Below, piece by piece: positions 20,466 to 32,900 of a DNA stretch of 64,000 nucleotides. The position numbers and the translations under genes are program-made. The DNA is from the human T2T-CHM13v2.0 reference genome, Homo sapiens. The DNA is taken from the NCBI RefSeq assembly GCF_009914755.1, contig NC_060926.1; one strand, 5' to 3'. A model generated the notes under the pieces. It did not search any database. It was not told the origin of the DNA and saw nothing but the letters and a program-made list of their open reading frames with translations. Each line of letters begins with the position of its first letter. Positions within the stretch are counted from its first letter, which is position 1.

Positions 20466-20900
20466 ACCCAAATGCCCATCAATGATAAACTGGATAAAGA
20501 AAATATGGTACATATACACATGGACTACTATGCAGCCATGAAAGCGAATGAGATTGTGTCCTTCGCAGGGACATGTATAGAGCCGGGAGCCGTTAACCTC
20601 AGCAAACTAATGCAGGAACAGAAAACCAAACACCTTATGTTCTTACTTATAAGTGGGAACTGAATGATGAAAACACATGAACACATGGGGTGGTGGGGGG
20701 TGGGGAACAACACACACTGGGGCCTGTTGAGGAGTCGGGTGAGGGAGAGCATCAGGGACAACAGCTAATGGACGCTGGGCTTAATACCTAGATGATAGGA
20801 TGATCTGTGCAGCAAACCACCGTGGCACATGTTTACCTATGTAACAAACCTGCACATCATGCACATGTTCCCCTGAGCTTAAAATAAAAATTGAAGATAA
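20466..20900 (+). mobile_element. short L1PA10-13-like 3' end inserted antisense to its host L1
   Basis: CCCAAATGCCCATCAATGATA...GTAACAAACCTGCACATC...AAAATAAAA; host sequence TCTTTAAGA|TGCTGAATAT is split around it. Confidence 0.85.
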
Positions 20901-23329
20901 AAAATTGCTGAATATAAGTTCCCAAACTCTTCTGGCTTGTAGGGTTTCTACTGAAAGGTCCACTGTTAGCCTGGTGGGATTCCCTTTGTAGGTGACTTGC
21001 CCCTTATCTCTAGATGCCTTTAATATTTTTTCTTTCACATTGACCTTGGAAAATCTGATGACTATGTGTCTTGGAGATTGTTGTATTGTATATTATCTCA
21101 TAGGGGTTCTCTGCACTTCCTGAATTTGCATATTGACCTCTCTAGTGAGGTTGGTGACATTTTCATGAGCAATATCTTCGAATATGTTTTCCAAGTTACC
21201 CTCTCTCCCTCTCTCTCAGGGAAGCCAATGATTCATAGTTTTGATCTTTTTACATAATCTCATGTTTCTCGGATGTTTTGTTAATTCTATTTAATTATCT
21301 CTTCTTTATTTTTGTCTGAGTTGAAGAACATGCTTGAGGCTCTGAGATTCTTCCCTTAGCTTGGTTGATTCTGCTGTTGATACTTCTGATTGTGTTATGA
21401 AAATCTTGTCGGGAGTTCTTTTTAGCTCTGTCTTTCTTACAACGGCGATTACAGTGTTCAGCTCTGGTATTGTTTTGTTAGATTCCTTGGATTGTGTTTT
21501 GACTTTCTCCTGAATCTCAGTGATATTCACTGTTTTCCAGATTCTGAATTCTATGTCTGTCATTTCAGCCATTTCAGCTTGATTCAGTACCACTGCTGGG
21601 GAACTAGTGCAGTCTGGTTTTCTGAGCTGCCAGAGTTCTTACGCTGGTTCTCTCACCAGTGTGAGCTGATGTCCATTTAATCTTTGAAGTTGCTGTTTTT
21701 TTGAATGGGGTTTTTTGCTTTTATATTCCTTGATGCCCTTGAGGGTTTGATTGTGGTATAAAGTGGGTTTAGTTGACTGGCTTCATTTCTGGAAGATTTC
21801 AGAGGATCAAGGCTTAACTTAGAACTCCTGGGCTTTGTGTTCTATCTAACCCTGAGACCTGGTATCAGGCCCATGGTTTTGTTCTATGGCCCGTCGAGTT
21901 TAAGCACCTGCTGTTCCAGAGGGACTGAGATGTTCCAGGTCCACTGGCAACAATACTCCAGTGGGGGATGCTGGCCAAAGTGCTTTGTCGGGGCGTTGGC
22001 AGCAGGGTCTGTGCTTGTGTATGTGTGCATGTCAGCAGCAGCAGTGGTGTAATGGAGTGTATGCACATCAGCAGGGGCCTTGCATCGGGCGTAGGGGGCA
22101 CACAGGGCAGTGTGTGCACGTGTACACCAGCAGAAGGAGCGGGTTATTTTTCATAGTTTCCAGTTTCCTGCCTCAAATTTTCATCCTGACTTTTATTTCT
22201 TTAAACATAGTAAACACAGGGTTTTTTTGTGTTGTTTTGCATTTTTTTACTAGTCTGTGTCTGATAATTTGAAGACATCACATATCATTTGGTTATTTCT
22301 GTCACCTGTTGTTTATACCGTTTCTTGCTTAGGATTTTTTTTCATTGCGTGCTTGGTTATCTTTAAGTCTGTGCTGGACATTGTATTTAAAAGATATTTA
22401 GAGAAATGTTTTGGCTTCTGGATGATGGTCTCTTCTTCCAAGAGGCTTCATTTGTTTCTCTAGGTGTTTGGGAGAGATAATGGATTTTGAGACCTCCCTA
22501 ATCTTGGTTCAAAATTTGAGCTTCCTGGATATCCAGGTGATGGGATCCTAAATTACAGGTCCTTGCTATGACTGATTTATTTTTAGTTCACCTATATTCT
22601 GAGGGTATGCTTTTCCTGACTGTTGTTGAAAGTGGGGATTAATTTAGCAGAGTCCCATCCCTTAGCAGTGTCCAGGGCTTGATTTCTGTCTCTTTAGTTC
22701 CATGCAGACTCTAAAATACAGATGAACTTCAAAGTTTCTTTTCCATCATCAGCGAATAAATGCCTTTGGTAAAAATGTAGCTTTGAGTGGCTCGGCTTAC
22801 CTTTCTTGGTCTTATCTTCTAATTTTGGCCTACAAAGACCTCAATACTTTGTGGACTTTTTGGTACAGATCTCTTAGTTTTCCTTAGTGAGACTGTCAGT
22901 TCAAATGACCTAGTCTGACCTGGTCTGCTATTCCTTTGTTCCTTGAGAACTCTCTGCCTACAGAGATCAGGAACTTTGGTCTGCTCTTGAACCCCTAAGG
23001 CTTTGCTTGAGAAGAAAGTCCTTAGTGAGGCCAATAAGTCTGCCACATGCTTCTTAAGTTGTATTTGTCGATTGATTGTCTAACTAAATATGATGAACTT
23101 TTTTTTTTTTACCTCACCTGTGATATATCCTAATCTGTTTTTCTCCGGGCATTTGTTTCTGAAATGAAAATGAGTTTCTCAAATGAGGGAATGTTCATTT
23201 GCCATGCTGTTAGCACAGATTTTTATAATAAAGTCAATGGAGCGTCACTGAAAGATTGAGAAGCTAAGGAAGGAGCTGGAGAGGTCACTTAAGATATGAT
23301 AAGATACTAATTCAATCTGTCAGTGAAGA

Positions 23330-23620
23330 GTTCATTGGCTACCTGGGTAAGAGTAATTATTGGTGAGGTGGTAAAAATGAATGGAAGCTGAGGGAGAAGA
23401 GATAGCAAACGTAGCATGTTTTATAAAAAGCTTGCCTGTAAAGGGAAGGAGAGAAGTAGGGTAATAGTTAGAAGGGGTCATGGGAGTAAAAGACACTTTA
23501 AAGATGGCAGAGATAAGCATATTTCTATGCCAAGAAGAAAAAGCTAGTATAAAATGAGATGTTGAGGATGTGAAAGAGATAATTGACAGAGAATTATTAG
23601 ATGATAATGGGCTCAAGATT
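23330..23620 (-). mobile_element. L2 LINE fragment
   Basis: purine-rich GCTTGCCTGTAAAGGGAAGGAGAGAAGTAGG, typical of antisense L2. Confidence 0.6.
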
Positions 23621-23731
23621 AGAGTTAAGTTGATCCTCTGAATAGAGGGTGAACACAGCTTCCACTGAGTTTGTTTGCTTCAGCATTAGGGGCCTTTAGG
23701 ATTCAGTATAAATGTTTCCTCCTAGGGTAAG

Positions 23732-24093
23732 TGTGCTAGTCTGTCCGGGTTGCTATAACAAAATACTTGGTGGCTTATAAACTTGGTGGCTTATAAACAA
23801 CATAAATTTATTTCTTACAGTTCTGGTGGCTGGGAACTCTAAGAGCAAGGTGCTGGCAGATTTGGCATCCAGTGAGAACCTGCTTCCTGATTCACAGACA
23901 GCTGTTTTCTTACTGTGTTCTCACATGGTGAAAGGGGTGAGGTTTTCTGTGGTCCCTTGTAGAAAGGCACTAATCCCATTCATGAGAATTCTACCATCAT
24001 GACATAATCACCTTCCAAATGCTTCACCCTCTAATAATATTGAATGTTAGAATTTAACATACGAATTTTGGAGGGGACAAATAGTCTATAGCG
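23732..24093 (-). mobile_element. MLT1A-like MaLR solo LTR
   Basis: TTTATTTCTTACAGTTCTGG...GGCACTAATCCCATTCATGAG; TSD GTAAG at 23727-23731 and 24094-24098; internal 16-bp tandem duplication 23765-23796. Confidence 0.88.
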
Positions 24094-24647
24094 GTAAGTC
24101 TCCTTATATATCTCTAAGATAAGTTAGACACCCTCCTTGTTCCCATTGCACTGTGCGCATTCCTCCACTGAATCCTAGCATAGCATTACTAATGTTAACC
24201 TCACCAGAATCTGAGGTCCTTCAGGTCGGTGCTTTTGCCTTTATATTCCCGTAATAAAAGCCACTTTGTAGTTTATTGAATGGGTGACTGCTATCCCTCT
24301 CATTTTTGAGCATACAGATCAAAAGGATGGATTACAAATGGCATTTTTCAATTTGTCTGTGGTACAAAATTTCTGTAGGTATCTTTGAACTCAACCAGTA
24401 AAAATACAGTGGCAGCTCTAGAGTGATTTACCAGCTGATTTGTACTTTCTTTCAGTTTTTACTTGTTGTAATGCATTCTTTGGGGGTCTTGAAATAACTG
24501 CCTAGGGCAGTGAATGTAGCAACTTCTTACGGAAAACACATTTTTACCTTGCACTGAAGCCTGTTGCTTTAGTTTGTGATGAGAATATAGTGACACTTCA
24601 CTTTAATTTTATTTTCAAAACAGCAAAAGCAAATGTATATGTTTTTA

Positions 24648-24977
<330 letters not shown>

Positions 24978-25034
<57 letters not shown>
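24978..25034. repeat. (TG)n(TA)n microsatellite
   Basis: direct reading. Confidence 0.95.
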
Positions 25035-25037
<3 letters not shown>

Positions 25038-25289
25038 CATTGTTTAAAATTTATAAGACACAAACGCTATAGAATGAAGTTTACCTTCCATCCTCATCTC
25101 TAACCACCCTGTTCCCACCACCTCAGACAACAGATATGTGTGTGTATATGTGGGTATTCTTTAAGAAATATTTTAGGCACCTACAATCATATGTAAATGT
25201 TACTTATTCCATTTTTTACTCAAATGGTTTGCTTTCCACACTATACTGCACCTTGCTTTTTTCACTTAGTGTATTTCAACAGCAATAAT

Positions 25290-25900
25290 TTCAACAGCAG
25301 GAGTCGTGGTGTAACCATCACTGTCTGCATGCATAAAATGGATTAACTGCAACTTCTTAATGTTATAGTCAATAGACCATTGAAAGACCACTTTGGAAGA
25401 AATATGAGTCCTGGTCTCTGTCTGAAAGTTTTCCAATTTTCTTGTTCTAATAAAAGTTAAGAAGGTTCTAATAACAAAACTAACATGACATGTGTCAGTA
25501 TTTATTTTTATTTTTTTAAGAGACAGTGTCTCACTATATTGCCTGGGCTGGAGTGCAGTGGCTATTCACAAGTGTGATCATAGCATACCACAACCTCGAA
25601 CTCCGAGGCTTTAGGGATCTCTCCCACTTCAGCCTTTTGAGTAGCTGAAATTACAAGAGTGTGCCACTGCACCTGGCTGTGTGTTGGCATTTTTGAAGAT
25701 CTTGTAGATGATAGTAGAACACAGAGAATGACATTCCGTAGCATACTATGGATTTCTATGACACTGAGTCTCAAAGTGATTCAGAAAAGTTGGCATCTGA
25801 ATGAAAAAGTTTTAGAAATTCTTTAACCAATTTATTTCATTAATCTTTTTCATTTATGCACAAGAGTAATAATAAAATTCCACAAATAAGTCTGAAAGAA
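25290..25900 (+). mobile_element. Tc1/mariner pogo-Tigger DNA transposon fossil, interrupted by FAM
   Basis: 25347-25394 translates LQLLNVIVNRPLKDHF, resembling the pogo/Tigger DDE motif LQPLDV..N.PFK. Confidence 0.6.
25501..25677 (-). mobile_element. FAM (fossil Alu monomer)
   Basis: 7SL-like GTGGCTATTCACAAGTGTGATCATAG segment within a monomer; degenerate TSD TGTGT(CA/TG)G(T/C)ATTT. Confidence 0.85.
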
Positions 25901-27814
25901 TGTGCTTTGTTTAAAATTGAAGTTATAACATGTCACAGTTTGAATTTTGTAATATTACACCTTGTTTTTAATCAGCTGCACTGTATTTCACTAGATAAAT
26001 ATGCAATATTTATTTAACTTATCTCCTATTAATGATCATTTAGGATGTTTGCAATCCCTTGCTTTTACAAACAATGCTGCAGTGATTAACCTTGAACCTG
26101 GATCATGATGCTAATAGATTTGTAGGATGAGTCCCTAGAATTGAGATTTGTATGTGCATTTAAAAATTTGGTAGATCTTCCTGATTAGCTGCCAAAGATA
26201 CAGTTGGTATTTTCTTTTATCATGGTTGGAGCTTGTCTTAGATTTATAGATTAACTTGAAGGAGAATTGTCATCACTACTGATATTGATTTTTCATATTT
26301 TCAATTTATCTTTTGGTTCTTTTAGAGTGCTCTTTCCCATAATATGAGTTTTGCATATTATTTTTACCTTTTTGGTTGTTATTGAAAATGTAATCTTTTT
26401 CTTCTAGTGTAACTTCTTATGGTTGAAAGAAATAAAGGTAGTTCTTAAATGCTAAAAATCAGTCTCTTTCAAACTTCCTTGAAAAAAAGTACATTATGTT
26501 AATTTAAAAGTTGTCCAAATTATAAAATCCTTAGTTAATGACAGAGGGCCACATTCTAAATTTCCTAGAGGAATAAAATGTTTATTGATGGCATGAAAAA
26601 TATGTAATGATAGTGACATAATAGTGCGTTTATTTGGATCTCTTTCTGGCTAGTAAACAATGGACCGATTTGGATGTCTTGTGCTGCTCTTGCACCTGAA
26701 TTCAAGTTTAATGATGTTGTGCCTGAGTGTAATGCTGAAAACATTCCTGCTTGAGAACCATTGATCATTACTCTATTGACCATCCAAACTACCTGGACAC
26801 TGGGAATCATCTAGGTCACTGGATGACATTTGGACTTCACGTCTAATTTTCTTGAGGAGTCTTTGGCAAGTAAAAGGTTCAATTTCATTACATGGATTTG
26901 CAAAGAATTCTTAAACAATCTGGGTCCTTCACTGCCCTACCGACCTCCCCCCCCGCCACCCACCCTCCACCTTCAGCTTCATATTCTCATTAGGAAAGAG
27001 TGTTTTTCAGCTCTAATGTAAATCCATTTGAAAGGCCACATGCTGTTGTATTGGAGATATGCCATCTTTAGCCTTCTACTTCATTAGGCTGGGGTCTGCA
27101 GGCTTTTTGTAGAGAAGCCACATTTTTTTCTCCATAAAATTGTATTCTGTACCAGCATGTACAGCTTCATTAACCATGTCAAACATGAAATGAAATTTTC
27201 GACTATGAAAACATTGATGATTCATGCCATCAATGGGTTTAAAGTAGTAGTATATGCATTTTTTTCAAATAATGTTTATTAGATTTTCTTTTAGTACATA
27301 AAATACAAAGAACAAAGCAAAAATGGCCTATAATATCACCATTCTGTTAAACCTTATTGTTGAGAAAACAAAATAATGCACGTGTGTGGTTAGGAGATTT
27401 AAACAATCCAAAGAGAAATGAAATGAAAAGTACTTTTTTTCTTTCTACCCCAGACTCTTTTTCAAATTTAAACTACTGTTTACCCTATTTACCCCCAAAA
27501 CATTTTTGCAGAGATATATACAATTTTGCACACTTCAACATATACACATACATATCTATATTTTAAAAAGGAAAGTACACAAAGTAAATCACGTTACACA
27601 TAATATTTTGCTATTTACGTCTTTCACTTATGTCTTGTCTCTTTATGTAAATACATGCATGTCGTCTTCATGTACATCAAACATATGGGCATAGGGAGAA
27701 CTATCAGTAGAAATTTAGGTTAATACCAGGTGTTTTTTAATATTTTAAACAATGCCGTGACAAGCATTCTTATTTGGGATTTGGAACACTGCTGAGAGTA
27801 TATCTGTAGATTAG

Positions 27815-28465
27815 GGCAGGCAGTGTAGCATAGTGATTAATGACATAGATTCTGGTGCCAGATTGCCCGGAGTTTTAATTCATTATTTGCTCCTTATTAG
27901 CTATGTGACCTTGGGCAAGTTATTGAACTTCTCTACTCTTTACTTTCCTCCTTGTCAGATGAGCCTAAGGATAGTACACACCTATGTTGTTTTTTTAGTC
28001 CATTTGTACTGCTACAACAGAATTACACATACTGGGTAATTTATAAATAACATAAATTTATTTCTCATAATTCTGGAGGCTGGGAAGTCTAAGATCAAGG
28101 AGCCAGAAGGTTCCGTTGTCTGCTGAGGGCTATTCTCTGTTTCCAAGATGAAACTTTTTGGTAAATCCTTGGAGGGGAGGAATGCTGTGTCCTCAAATGG
28201 CAGAAAGTAAAGAGCAAGGAAACAGAACACTGTGTGAAATCTCTTTTATAACGGTCTTAATCCCATTCATGAGGGAGGAGTTCTCATGGTGTAATCACCT
28301 CTTAAAGTCCTCACCTCTTGATACTATCACATTGGCAGCACCTGAATTTTGGAGGAAAAACATTCAAATCATAGCAGTTAGTGTGAAGATCAATGTATAT
28401 AAAGAGCTTGGATCAGTGCTTGGCATGTAGACCATGGTCAATGAATACTAGCTATTGTTATTTTT
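27815..28465 (+). mobile_element. MIR split by an LTR insertion
   Basis: TAGCTATGTGACCTTGGGCAAGTTA core; 3' part CAGTGCTTGGCATGTAG lies after the LTR. Confidence 0.75.
27990..28376 (-). mobile_element. MSTC/MSTD-like MaLR solo LTR
   Basis: CTGGAGGCTGGGAAGTCTAAGATCAAGG...GAGGGGAGGAATGCTGTGTCCTC...CATTCAAATCATAGCA. Confidence 0.85.
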
Positions 28466-28517
28466 ATTATTATGATGGTAAAATTTGTGACACCTCTATG
28501 TTAAAAGACTTCTTTCT

Positions 28518-28690
28518 GGGAGAAAAGTTGGAAGTGAAGGGGAAGAAGGGAGAGAAAGGAAGAAAAGAAATGATTAATGACCAGGAAGATAAAAGAGAGA
28601 GAAGAAGAGAGAAATGAAACAGAGGTTGGGAAGGGAATGCTGGAGAAAGAAGAGGAAGAGATAAAAAGTGGAGAAGGATGGGCTAGACAA
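28518..28690. repeat. GA-rich low-complexity tract
   Basis: strongly purine-biased + strand. Confidence 0.6.
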
Positions 28691-28959
28691 GGACCACATT
28701 AATGAGGATGGAAAACAAAGATGTAAGGTTTGGAGAATAATTGAAACCTCACAATGAGTGGTTGAGGACTTCCTTTATAATTGTAATTATTACACTGGAG
28801 CCAAGTCCAGAGATTTGTATCATCTTACCCCTGAGTCATGGCACCTTGTCCTTACAAGGCCCTTTTCTTGTTTGTCCACTTGTTTCTTTATACACTCATT
28901 TATTCTCTTTTATCCCTATTCCAAACTTCATTCCCCTACTAATTCCAAAAGCATTCTTT

Positions 28960-29955
28960 CTCTTTTTAAAAAATTGAATAGTTAATTAACTAATTTTAAT
29001 AGACAAATAAAATGGTACCTATTTATCAAGTACAACATAATGTTTTGAAATATGTATACATTGTGGAACATCTAAATCAAGCTAATTAACATATGCATTA
29101 CCTTGTGTGCTTATGTTTTGTGGTGAGAATACTAAAAATCTCTCAGCAAATTTCAAGAATACAATACATTGTTATTAAGTACAGTCACCATGTTATACAA
29201 TAGGTATCTTGAACTTATTCTTCCTATTGCACCAAAATTGTGTTTTCTTTCACCAACATCTCTCCAATCCCAATCCAATTCCCCAGCTCCTTGGAGCCAC
29301 CATTTTTCTATCTCTACTCCTATGAGCTCAACTTTTTTATATTCCACATAAAAGTGAGATCATGTGGTATTTGTCTTTCTATGCTTGTCTTATTTCACTT
29401 AACGTAATGTCCTCCAGGTTCATCCATGTTGTTACACATGACAGAATTTCCTCCTTTTTTAAGGCTTAGCAGTAATTCATTTTGTAAAAATACATCATAT
29501 TTTCTTTATCTATTTATCTATTGATGGACACTTATGTTGATCCCATATCTTGGCTGTTGTGAATAGGGCTGCAGTGAACATGAAAGTGCAGATATCTCTT
29601 TCACATACTGATATCACTTCCTTTGGATATATACTCAGTAGTGGTAATGCTGGATGATACGGTGGTTCTATTTTTAATTTTGTGAGGAATTAAAATTCCA
29701 TATCATTTTCCATAATGGCTACACTAATTTACATTTCCAACAACAGTGTGCAAGGGATTCCTTTACTCCACATCCTCACCAGCACTTGTTATCCTTAGTG
29801 TTTTTGATAATAGCCATTCTAACAGGTGTGAGGTGATATCTCATTATGGTTTTAATTTGCATTTCTCTCTGATTAGTGATGTTGAACATTTTTTTCACAT
29901 ACCATTTGTATGTCCTCTTTGAGAAATGACTATTTAGGTCCTTTGCCTATTTTTA
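28960..29955 (-). mobile_element. L1MA (MA5-8-like) 3' part, host of the second nest
   Basis: L1MA 3'UTR GTACAACATAATGTTTTGAAATATGTATACATTGTGGAA... Confidence 0.85.
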
Positions 29956-32900
29956 TTTTATTTTTTTATTTTTCCTTCATAATTACTTTTTTAAAATTAT
30001 ACTTTAAGTTCTGTGATACATGTGCAGAACGTGCAGGTTTGTTACATATGTATACACGTGCCATGGTGGTTTGCTGCACCCATCAACCTGTCATCTACAT
30101 TAGGTATTTCTCCTAATGCTATCCCTCCCTTAGCCCCCCACCCCCAACAGGCCCCGATGTGTGTTGTTCCCCTCCCCGTGTCCATGTGTTCTCATTGTTC
30201 AACTCCCACTAACGAGTGAGAACATGCAATGTTTGGTTTTCTGCTCTTGTGTTACTTTGCTGATAATGATGGTTTCCAGCTTCATCCATGTCCCTGCAAA
30301 TGACATGAACTCATGCTTTTTTTATGGTTGCATAGTATTCCATGGTGTATACGTGCCACATTTTCTTTATCCAGTCTATCACTGATGGGCATTTGAGTCG
30401 GTCCCAAGTCTTTGCTATTGTGAATAGTACTGCAACAAACATACATGTGCATGTGTCTTTATAGTAGAATGATTTATAATCCTTTAAGTATATACCCAGT
30501 AATGGGATTGCTGGATCAAATGGTATTTCTGGTTCTAGATCCTTGAGGAATCGCCGCACTGTCTTCCACAATGGTTGAACTAATTTACACTCCCACCAAC
30601 AGTGTAAAAGTTTTCCAATTACTCCACATCCTCTCCAGCATCTGTTGTTTCCTGACTTTTTAATGATCGCCATTCTAACTGGTGTGAGATGGTATCTCAT
30701 AGTGGTTTTGATTTGCATTTCTCTAATGACCAGTGACGGTGAGCTTTTTGCCATATATTTCTTGGCCACATAAATGTCTTCTTTTGAGAAGTGTCTGCTC
30801 ATATCCTTTGCCCACTTTTTGACAGGGGGGTTTCTTTTTTCTAGTAAATTTGTTTAAGTTCCTTGTAGATTCTGGATATTAGCCTTTTGTCAGATGGCTA
30901 GATTGCAAAAATTTTCTCCTATTCTGTAGGTGGCCTGTTCATTCTGATGATAGGTTCTTTTGTGGTGCAGAAGCTCTTTAGTTTAATTATATCCCATTTG
31001 TCAATTTTGGCTTTTGTTGCAATTGCTTTTGGTGTTTTAGTCACGAAGTCTTTGCCCATGCCTGTATCCTGAATGTTGTTTCCTAGGTTTTCTTCTAGGG
31101 TTTTTATGGTTTTAGGTCTTATATTTAAGGCTTTAATCCATCCTGAGTTAATTTTTGTATAAGGTATAAGGAAGGGGTCCAGTTTCTGTTTTCTGCATAT
31201 GGCTAGCCATTTTTCCCAACACCATTTATTAAATAGGGAAACCTTTCCCCATTGCTTGTTTTTGTCAGGTTTGTAGATGTGTGGTGTTATTTCTGAGGCC
31301 TCTGCTCTGTTCCATTGGTCTATATATCTGTTTTGCTACCAATACCATGATGTTTTGGTTACTGTAGCCTTGTAGTATAGTTTGAAGTCAGGTAGCACGA
31401 TGCCTCCAGCTTTGTTCTTTTTGCTTAGGATTGTCTTGACTACATAGGCTCTTTTTTGGTTCCATATGAAATTTAAAATAATTTTTTCTAATTCTGTGAT
31501 GAAAGTCAATGCTAACTTGATGGGGATATCATTGAATCTGTAAATTACTTTGGACGGTATAGCCATTTTCATAATATTGATTCTTCCTATTCATGAGCAT
31601 GAAATGTTTTTCCATTTGTTTGTGTCCACTCTTATTTCCTTGAGCAGTGGTTTGTAGTTCTCCTTGAAGTGGTTCTTCTCATCCCTTGTAAGTTGTATTC
31701 CTAGGTATTTTATTCTCTTTGTAGCAATTGTGGATGGGAGTTCACTCATGATCTGGCTCTCTGTTTGTCTATTGTTGGTGTATAGGAATGCTTGTGATTT
31801 TGCACATTAATTTTGTATCCTGAGACTGCTGAAGTTGCTTATCAGCTTAAGGAGATTTTGGGCTGAGACGATGGGGTTTTCTAAATATACAATCACGTCA
31901 TCTACAAACAGAGACAAATTGACTTCCTCTCTTCCTATTTGAATATGCTTTATTTCTTTCTCTTGCCTGATTGCCCTGGTCAGAACTTCCAACACTATGT
32001 TGAAGAGGAGTGGTGAGAGAGGGCATTCTTGTCTTGTGCCGGTTTTCAAAGGGAATGCTTACAGATTTTGTCGAATCACTATGATGTTGGCTGTGGGTTT
32101 GTCAGAAATAGTTCTAATTATTTTGAGATAAGTTCCATCAATAACTAATTTATCAAGAGTTTTTAGCATGAAGGAGTGTTGAATTTTATTGAAGGCCTTT
32201 TCTGCATCTTATTGAGATAATCATGTGGTTTTTGTCATTGGTTCTGTTTATGTGATAAATTATGTTTATTGATTTGCATGTGTTGAACCAGCCTTGCATC
32301 CCAGGGATGAAGCCGACTTAACTGTGGTGGATAAACTTTTTAATGTGCTGCTGGACTCGGTTTGCCAGTATTTTATTGAGGAGTTTTGCATCGATGGTCA
32401 TCAGGAATATTGGCCTGAAATTTTCTTTTTCTGTTGTGTTTCTGCCAGGTTTTGTTATCAGAATGATGCTGGCCTCATAAAATGAGTTAGGGAGGAATCC
32501 CTTTTTTTTTTTTTTTTATTGATTGGAATAGTTTCAGAAGGAATGGTACCAGCTCCCCTTCATATCTCTGATAGAATTAGGCTGTGAATCCATCTGGTCA
32601 TGGGCTTTTTTTGGTTGGTAGGCTATTAATTACTGCCTCAATTTCAGAACTTGTTATTGGTCTATTCAGGGATTCGACTTCTTCCTGGTTTAACCTTGGG
32701 TGGGTGTATGTGTCCAGGAATTTATATATTTCTTCTAGATTTTTTAGTTTATTTGCATAGAGGTGTTTATAGTATTCTCTGATGGTAGTAGGTGTTTCTG
32801 TGAGATCAGTGGTGATATCCCCTTCATCATTTTTTATTGTCTCTACTTGATTCTTCTCTCTTTCCTTCTTAATTAGTCTGGCTAGTGGTCCATCTATTTT

